Below, piece after piece: positions 55,590-64,000 of a stretch of 64,000 bases of DNA. The stretch is from Octopus vulgaris (lineage: Eukaryota). A model generated the notes under the pieces. That model saw only the letters and a program-made list of their open reading frames with translations, had not been told where the DNA came from and made no database searches. The DNA lies in the NCBI GenBank assembly GCA_951406725.2, contig OX597815.1:19096001-19160000 (forward strand), read 5' to 3'. Position 1 is the stretch's first letter, and each line of letters opens with the position of its first letter. Made by a program: the position numbers and the translations under genes.

Positions 55590-56640
55590 TCCATCACGAC
55601 TGGTCTTAGCAATCGGTTTCGCGTAAAGACTACAATGGAATGTTAGTTAACAACCTGATTATATTACATTACGCTCATCAGAGTCAGTCGATAATGAAGG
55701 GAATATGGCGACTGCTCTCTATTGTCGGAGGTGGATTAGCACAACCGATCAGCTGTTGCTATGAAAAAATGGTGGAACGAAAAAGGGGCCAGGAGATTAG
55801 TTTGGAAGTTATGTCCCTTGGTTAGGTATGCTGTGAAACTGGCAAGAGTTATCTTGAAGTGGGGAAAGTGTGTATTATTAATGTGGTGTTTCTGTGGATA
55901 TGGGGTGTGTGGTATGTGCAGCGGTGTCATATGTATAATTTTTTCTGAGTGTGTAGGTATATATAGCTGTGTTCATTGGTCCGTTTTCTTTCTGTAAAAG
56001 ATTAATTCGTGGGGCGGTGGCTTATGTTAGCGTGCGGTGTGTAATGTGTGTGGGTGGGGATCTGTGTATATGTGGGGGTACAATTTGTGTGAAGGGGTGT
56101 GTGTTGGGGGAGACAGTTTATTTTGTAGGCTGTCCGCCTTATAGGGGTGTGTGCATGTGTGTACATGGGTGTCTTAGTGTGTGCTTTGGTCAAACTCATT
56201 TTGCCGGGCCCAAGAGCATAGGAGGAAGGCCGTTTGCCGATGGTCGAGGCAAGGGATCTGTGGTTGCAGTCATGGTGGGGCGCACCGGCTGATAGAATGT
56301 ACTTCCCTTCATGCGAGCGAGGGTTAAACAACTCACTCCTGCTATTCGGATAAACATCCGGCTGTTAGGTACCTTTGAAAATCGCTCTCTTCCCTGCCAG
56401 ACATAATTACTTCCTGCTGCTGTTGAAGTAGAGTTTGCATCTTTCCGGATCTTCCACTTCATGCTGTACTCCGTGGCGCTTTCTTTCAATCTCGAGACGT
56501 GCTTGGCTAGGGTTGTGCTTTCTGGGATGATGAATGAGGACTTGTGGTTTTTAAAGCCTGGTCTGAAGGGGTTTTCCGTTGCCCCTACATGCTTGGGCAC
56601 GCTCGGTTGTCCATTGGGTCGGGTTGCTATTACTTCTGCC
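55590..56640 (-). mobile_element. 5'-truncated Penelope-like element: GIY-YIG C-terminus, CA-rich UTR, HHR-containing terminal repeat
   Basis: ORF 56196..56600 HVGATENPFRPGFKNHKSSF...STTLAKHVSRLKE....YSMKWKI and frameshifted FNPRSHEGKYILS, typical of the PLE endonuclease end. Confidence 0.8.
55595..55688 (-). ncRNA. Second hammerhead motif (intact core and stem II, eroded stems I/III)
   Basis: Minus strand CUGAUGA-GCGUAA...UUACGC-GAAA-CCGAUUGCUAAGACCA-GUC. Confidence 0.6.
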
Positions 56641-59600
56641 TCATAGTTAGTTAGTTAGTTAGTGAGTTAGTTAAGTAGTTTGAAAGGAATTAAATGCTTA
56701 AACAATTAAAATTATATGCAATTCAGAAATCTTAGAATGACTGATAGAATATATAAGATTGGGTGTAAAATAAAATCCACTCGTTAGACAATCTGGAATA
56801 GTAGCATGTCAAAATTTCCCAGGGATGTCTTGTACATAAAGTATATATAGTCAAGTAGTCTGTGGTAACAGATTTTCGTATAAAGATTTTCATACAAAAA
56901 ACAAAAAAGAAATGTTACCGTACAGTCATAATTTCAGCATTGTACAATGCAGATTAATCATTTCTAAGTATTCGCCATAATAAATAATGAATTATATAGT
57001 TGCACAAAATGTATTATATGTATTCACCGTTTACGAAATTGGTTTCTAAGCTTTCAACAGGACAATGAATATATTATTTCTTCGCCCTAAAACTTCAGTC
57101 AGATATTTACTGAATTGAAAACCATTACCAGCGAAATCAACTTCTTCTCTTTATATTTTCTATGAAATTCGAACCTATACATCTTCCGGATTCTTTGGTT
57201 TCTGTTTGAAGATCAACATCTTAAATATTAATGTGTCGACACGAGTTTCTTTAGTACTTCAACCCGAAAGAATAAGATAGGTTTGGTTTGGCTGAGATTT
57301 AATATTCCTATATAAGATGATAACTATCCGAACTAATGCACTATCTCGAAATGTACTTTCTCATTGAAAAGTAGCTGCTTTAGAAGACTCTTACGATCAT
57401 TCATAGAAAAGTATATATCAAAGCTCCGTTCAGAAACGAAGGAAAATGCATTGACGTGTGTCGCTTGATGAGAGTAGAAAAGATACGCTCCAAAACATGC
57501 CTTTCTATTGATTATATTTTCTTAGAATGGTAATACCTTATTTCTCTTTTCAGATTTCCCGCATATATGATAGTTTTTAGCGAGAAACCAGGATACACAT
57601 TTCAACCGTTACAGTTAGAAGTAGCGAACAGTAATGTATTGTTATATCCATTGTAATTGGCTAACATTGGTGTCATCTTTTGGAGCATCACAAATGGATA
57701 TTTCTAAAGGATTTCCTATAGAAATGTACATTATTTAGTATTACAAAGTGAAAATTACAGGCTGCAGATGTTTTTCTATATATTCCTTAAAGCATTAATC
57801 AATAAGACAGTTATTGTTATGTTTTACTTAGATTTGTTTTGTGAATATCTAAGAATTGATTCTGTGGTTTCTGATGTAGAACCAATATGGTTACCAAATG
57901 AAGAAAAGGGAATTGAATTAAATTCAAAATCTCCTTAGCGTCTGTATAAAATAATATGATGTTATCTTAAACATATTTCTGCTATTCTTTAATAGAAAAC
58001 TCTACAGAAGCAATAATAATATTGGTTTCTTTTGAATATTCCCTAGGTTTTTAGGGAATGAATGTCGGCTTGTTTATGCATCTTCTGAATATAATCAGCC
58101 TATGTAAGTTCAAATAACCGTCTCAGCTTGTGAAAAGCTTGCCTCTTGCTGGATGACTTTAGCGAAGTAAACTTTAACCCTATAGTATAAATGCCGAGGA
58201 GAAATTACCAAGGGAAACGACCTTCATAGAAAGTAAATAGATTAAGTCAGTGCTAACATACTTAAAAAGTGAAACCATTTTTTTTTGTAATAAGCAAGAG
58301 TTTCCCTTCAGTGATACGAAGAATACAGTAGCTGCTTAGAACTAATCAAGATACGTAGGGGCAACAGGTTCCAGCAGCTCGTTTCATAACGCTACTTGAA
58401 ATATAATTATATACATACGTGTGTGTGTTTATGTGTGTATCAGAGTGTGTGTGTGATGCGTGCGTGTGTGTGTATATGTGTGTGTATGTGTGTGTTTGTG
58501 TGTGTGCGTGCGTGTGTGTGTGTGTTTACTTGTTGTGTCAAGGGGGAGGTGCAGTACCTACAACTTTTGCATGCTACTCAATACAGAAAGATAGATGATG
58601 CTATGGAGTGAGGTAAAAAGCGGGGCTCTCTAAATAATTTAGTTGTTACTTCCATGAACTTTACACTCCATCGCTCTGGAGCCTATAAAATATTTACCAG
58701 GCCAGTACAATTGATCTTACCCCATCCTTCGAGAAGATATCTAAAGTTTTACAGATGTAAAGATTATTATATTAACTATTGAGCAAAAATATGCTTAAAG
58801 AACTGACTGATTCTTCTTGGAATATATACACATTTTTACTAATATAATATCGACATATTTGATTAGAAAAGAATAAGATCATAGTAAAAATTATCTTCCA
58901 GGGGACAAGATCAGTGCAAGTGGTCCCTCAGCAGAGATCTGTAGCCAATATTTAAGCGAAGCTAACGTTGAGTTAATGTCCTCATCCATTTGGTTTTAAA
59001 ATCCCACAGGAAGCCCATGTTTTCTTTACATAGGCTTCCTATGATATTGTTTTAGACGAGGAGATTTATGAAAGAAAAAGAGGCACCAATAGCTTGATTA
59101 TTTCAATAAGGTTGATACTCCTCATGCCTTCTCTCTACTTTTTAATGCGTGACAGAAGGTAATGTTGTTTCATCTGAACTTATGGTGGATAGTACTAACA
59201 ATGTGACGACTTCCGTTGTCAGAAAGGTTATTAGATTAATTGGCCAGTTCTGTAATCTTTGCCAATCGGACAGAATGAAACCTCTTATTTAAAAAAAAAA
59301 ATGATATTGAGAATGAGAAATCTGATGGATGAATTCAACCGTCGATTACGTTCAATGTTGTAATTTAGAGGAATTTATCGAATGTAGCATACTTTAAAGA
59401 CCTGCAGATATGTGCCTATTTTAGACATTTTTATTATACACTGTCCATCAAAATCATTATCGTTATCTTTATAACCACCATAATTAGCAATGGTTGCAAC
59501 ATCAACCGTATCATCCTGTTTGTTATCAATATGTATTTTCAATTTTGAAAAAAGATAAAGGGCAATGAAGCAGTAGGGTTTCTTGCTATCGCGTGAAGCA

Positions 59601-59971
59601 TTGATATTATCATAACCCTTTATTGCTTGTTTTTTTTTGTTTCTTTTAGTATATCAAGTAACTACAGGAACGTCATTTTCATATTGGTATTATTGTAGTG
59701 TATCTAATTTCAATGCTGGTTTGCTCTGTTTAATATTGTTTACGGTGTTTAGCATTGATCGAATTCAAGTGGGCTGTGTGGATGCATGTGTATGTGTGTT
59801 TGTATGTATGTAACAGTGTGTGCGTATTTGTGGTGTGTTTGTGTGCGTGTGTATGAGAGTGGGTATGTGTTTGTGTGTGTGTGAGAGAGAGAGAGAGATG
59901 GAGAGAGGGAGAGACAGACAGAGAGACAGAAAGAGAAAAAGTTTTCATTAAGTGGTATTGTTATTTATTAG

Positions 59972-60385
59972 ACTCTTTTACTCTTTTACTTTTTTACATG
60001 TTTCAGTCATTTGACTGCGGCCATGCTGGAGCACCGCCTTTAGTCGAGCAAATCGACCCCGGAACTTATTCTTTGTAAGCTCAGTACTTATTCTATCGGT
60101 CTCTTTTGCCGAACCGCTAGGTAACGGGGACGTAAACACACCAGCATCGGTTGTCAAGCAATGCTAGGGGGACAAACACAGACACACAAACACATACACA
60201 TACATATATATATACATATATACGACAGGCTTCTTTCAGTTTCCGTCTACCAAATCCACTTACAAGGCATTGGTCGGCCCGGAGCTATAGCAGAAGACAC
60301 TTGCCCAAGATGCCACGCAGTGGAACTGAACCCGGAACCATGTGGTTGGTTAGCAAGCTACTTACCACACAGCCACTCCTACGCC
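59972..60385 (-). mobile_element. SINE family C, full length
   Basis: Head aggagtggctgtgtggtaag to tail gactgaaacatgtaaaaaaagtaaaagagtaaaagag on the minus strand. Confidence 0.93.
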
Positions 60386-60604
60386 TATTTGTTCATGATT
60401 GCAGTTCATGATATTGTTCTACTTTTCAGTTCGTTATATTTTTATTAAATCAGTAACAGGAGTCATTATAGCTGGTATTTGCATTCCAGTGTTTGTAAAT
60501 GTCAAAATTATATTTTCTTCATAACTTTTCGGCGACAGGTGCTTTGATAGTTCTAACTGGATACAGACTCCTGTTACGTATTGTCCGTTTACAGATATGT
60601 AATA

Positions 60605-61049
60605 TATTCTTTTATTCTTTTACTTGTTTCAGTCATTTGACTGCGTCTATGCTGGAGCACTGTCTTTAGTCGAACAAATCGACCCCTGGATTTATTCTTT
60701 GTAAGCTTAGTACTTATTCCATCTGCCTCTTTTGCCGAACCCCTAAGTTACGGGAAAGTAAACACACCAGCATCGGTTATCAAGCGATGGTGGAGGAAAA
60801 AACACAGACACATACATACATATATCCATCCATCCATATGTATATATGTGACCTCTCTGTATCACTAGCGATTTTTTTCCCCTGTCTTCCCTTCTCGGGA
60901 TCTTTCCTTCTCCTATGTTTCCGACGAAGAGCTCCGCTCGAAATGTCAAGCCGTCCTTCTTCCCTTCTTTCCTGAGCGTCCAATAATACTTTATTTGTTC
61001 CACGTCCTTGCGTTGTTGTGTTTTTGTTTTTGTTTTCTTGTTTGGATTA

Positions 61050-61086
<37 letters not shown>

Positions 61087-61247
61087 CGAGCTTCTTTCAG
61101 TTTCTGTCTACCACATCCACTCACGGGGTTTTGGTTGGCTCGGGGCTATAGTAGAAGACACTTGCCCAAGGTGTCACATAGGTGTCACAGAACCTGGGAC
61201 CATGTGGTTAGGAAGCAAGCTTCTTACCACACAACTAGTTCTGCGCC
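60605..61247 (-). mobile_element. SINE family C interrupted by the HHR element
   Basis: 3' half 60605-60847 and 5' half ~61083-61247 flank the insert. Confidence 0.9.
60848..61051 (+). mobile_element. Second copy of short HHR-bearing element
   Basis: GUUU-CCGACGA-A-GAGC-UCC-GCUC-GAAA-U-GUC-AAGC at 60917-60951; ends ggattaac before (TA)n. Confidence 0.75.
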
Positions 61248-61593
61248 TTTAAGCCACTATATATATATATAAATACATATATATATATACGCACATATAT
61301 ATATATACATACATACATATATTTTTTTATGTATGTATATATATATGTGTATATATGTATGTATATATAAAGGTACTTATATGCATTCATACATACATGC
61401 AAGCATACACACAAAGACATGCACGCACACACACATGAATATGTATATATATGTATATATGTACATATATATATATATGTGTGTGCGTGTGTCTGTGCAT
61501 GTATGTATATATATCCTTCTTTAACAGGAGTACTATTAACAAGGATCTTTCTAACCTTCAGCTTGTAAACCACCATCGTATTGTGTGCATGTC

Positions 61594-61984
61594 TGGAGGC
61601 GCAATGGCCCAGTGATTAGGGCAGCGGACTCGCGGTCATAGGATCGCGGTTTCGATTCCCAGACCGGGCGTTGTGAGTGTTTATTGAGCGAAAGCACCTA
61701 AAAAGCTCCACGAGGCTCCGGCAGGGGATGGTGGTGATCCCTGCTGTACTCTTTCACCACAACTTTCTCTCACTCTTACTTCCTGTTTCTGTTGTACCTG
61801 TATTTCAAAGGGCCGGCCTTGTCACTCTCTGTGTCACGCTGAATATCTCCTGAGAACTACGTTAAGGGTACACGTGTCTGTGGAGTGCTCAGCCACTTAC
61901 ACGTTAATTTCACGAGCAGGCTGTTCCGTTGATTCGGATCAACCGGAACCCTCATCGTCACAACCGACGGAGTACTTCCATTCC
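61594..61984 (+). mobile_element. tRNA-derived SINE (head shared with 50937, tail B shared with 14372)
   Basis: TSD attgtgtg(c/a)atgt at 61580-61592 and 61985-61997. Confidence 0.92.
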
Positions 61985-62191
61985 ATTGTGTGAATGTGCC
62001 CGTGTGTGTGCGTGTTTGTGTGTGTGCGTGTTTGTGTGTGTGCGTGTGTGTGTGCGTGTGCATATCCACACTTGTTAAGCCAGTTTGCACCCATGCTCTT
62101 AGTAAACTCAGATAGACAGGAATGATAAATGACGGTGTTGTTCAGTCAAAATATTGACAACGTATTCTGCATTCCGTATTATTGCACTATA

Positions 62192-62582
62192 TCTTTATAT
62201 ATAAAAGAAAGGTTGTGTGTCTCTCTACTCCGATTTAGATTCCTAACTACTCCCACATTTTGCGATGCAGTTTAACCAAAACCGGGTAGCTTATAGTCGT
62301 GATTCATATCGAGCCCTTCTGGGTATTAGCGCGCGTCTACGATGAGTCTACGATTTTAAAAATAATTTACCATCATTTTTTTCCATTTTAATGCATATTT
62401 TTTTAATAAAGGGAAGTAACTCTCTAAAAATGTCTACGATGAGTCAACGATTTTTTAAAAAATGACCATAATTTTTTTTTCATTTTTAATGCATTTTTTG
62501 CTATTTTTTGGCTATAACTCTCTAAAAATGCTTTATAGTTATTTCCCTTACAAACCCAAGCAACGCCGGGCGATACTGCTAG
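62192..62582 (+). mobile_element. Non-autonomous Helitron (391 bp)
   Basis: 5' TC after A, 3' CTAG before T, imperfect subterminal hairpin cccaagcaacgccggg, no TSD; internal ~60-bp direct repeat (~62335, ~62432). Confidence 0.85.
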
Positions 62583-63405
62583 TTTACATATATATTTTGA
62601 CATATTTTGAAACCATTTAAAAGAAACATCAAGAGATGATTCTGCCCTTGGTATATTGCAGACCTTCCGAGCCTACAGAAATCGATACAGCCGATATTAT
62701 ACGAGAACGACCGCATGTTGGACTGCCTATTAGAGAAACAAAAAACGTAGGGAGCTAGTTTCTTTCATGATTTATGGTTCGAGGAAAAAGCACTCGGAAG
62801 CATGCTAAATATAAACCATGGGTAGAGAGGGATAAAGAGAGTGACAATAGCACTGTAGGAATAATTTAATACATATTTCCCCTAGATGTGAATATCAAAT
62901 CTGATATACATGCACTTTGATATTTCTTCAATGCATTGCCAGAACAGACTGTTCGGATGCGATTGCGATGTTTGTGAGATAATCATGGATTTTTTCCTTT
63001 GTTTTGATAATATCATATGTTTAAGAATCCACATATGTTAGCTGTTGCTTAAAAAGACTTCAAGTGCTGCAATAGGCACAGATTTCTACGTTGTCAGGGA
63101 ATTGAAATGAAGTAATAAAAAACATTAATGGACCAATTGCAGGTATTTGGATAGATAAATGTTAGAGTTAAAAAACATTGCTTTCCTGTTGTTAGTTTAT
63201 ATGCAAGGAAATTAACATTAACTGATTAATTATTAATTATTTTTGAAGGTCACTAAAGCCTAGAATGTGTCTTCTTTCTCCAACAAAGGGGTAAATTTCA
63301 ATTACATAAAATTCTGCGTATGAAATTCTGTACATCACCAATTTACACGTTTTCCATAGCTATATGCAACAATATGCAAAGGCGGCTATATGAACAATAT
63401 GCAAA

Positions 63406-64000
63406 GGCGGCGAACTGGCAGAAACGTTAGCGCGCCGGACGAAATGCTTAGCGGTATTTCGTCTGTCGTTACGTTTTGAGTTCAAATTCCGCTGAGGTCG
63501 ACTTTGCCTTTCATCCTTTCGGGGTCGATAAATAATAAAGTACCAGTTTCGCACTGGGGTCGATGTAATCGACTTAATACCTATGTCTGTCCTTGTTTGT
63601 CCCCTCTGTGTTAAGCCCCTTGTGGGTAATAAAGAAATGGGTATTTCGTCTGTCGTTACGTTCTGAGTTCAAATTCCGCCGAGGTCGACTTTACCGTTCA
63701 TCCTTTCGGGGTCGATAAATAAAGTACCAGTTTCGCACTGGGGTCGATGTAATCGACTTAATCCCTTTGTCTGTCCTTGTTTGCCCCCTCTATGTTTAGC
63801 CCCTTGTGGGCAATAAAGAAATATATATTTATATGCAAAGGCGGCGAACTGGCAGAAACGTTAGCGCGCCGGACGAAATGCTTAGCGGTATTTCGTCTGT
63901 CGTTACGTTCTGAGTTCAAATTCCGCCAAGGTCGACTTTGCCTTTCATCCTTTCGGGGTCGATAAATAATAAAATACCAGTTTCGCACTGGGGTCGATGT
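63406..64000 (+). mobile_element. SINE family A dimer followed head-to-tail by a further copy (runs off window)
   Basis: Units start at 63406, ~63640 (5'-truncated) and 63840; atatgcaaag precedes both full units. Confidence 0.92.

Noticed and set aside
56650-59730. Possible host exons in the repeat-poor stretch (e.g. acceptor-like tttctcttttcag at ~57541)
   Set aside because: No open frame or recognisable protein motif follows; short exons cannot be excluded without RNA-seq.

Overview
Eukaryotic, very AT-rich and microsatellite-dense non-coding DNA. The SINE families and repeat landscape suggest an octopus (cephalopod) intergenic or intronic region; this is inference. I found no credible host protein-coding exon, and nearly all ORF-track entries are microsatellite or SINE-antisense artefacts. 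The window is a graveyard of mobile elements: an R4/Dong-like RT fragment, an RTE LINE, two CR1-group LINE 3' ends, several decayed Penelope-like (PLE) RT/GIY-YIG relics, an internally deleted mariner, Helitron-type elements, and about 18 tRNA-derived SINE copies from three families that swap heads and tails. The most interesting signal is a set of hammerhead-ribozyme (HHR) motifs in PLE-associated repeats. These are one apparently complete type I HHR (55374-55429, minus strand), a second core nearby, a covarying pair in inverted repeats (6198-6281 and 7401-7470), and a short non-coding HHR element found in (TA)n tracts (43467-43622, 60848-61051). A LINE/SINE pair also shares a covarying 3' stem-loop. 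All alignments and folds were done by eye, so boundaries are approximate.
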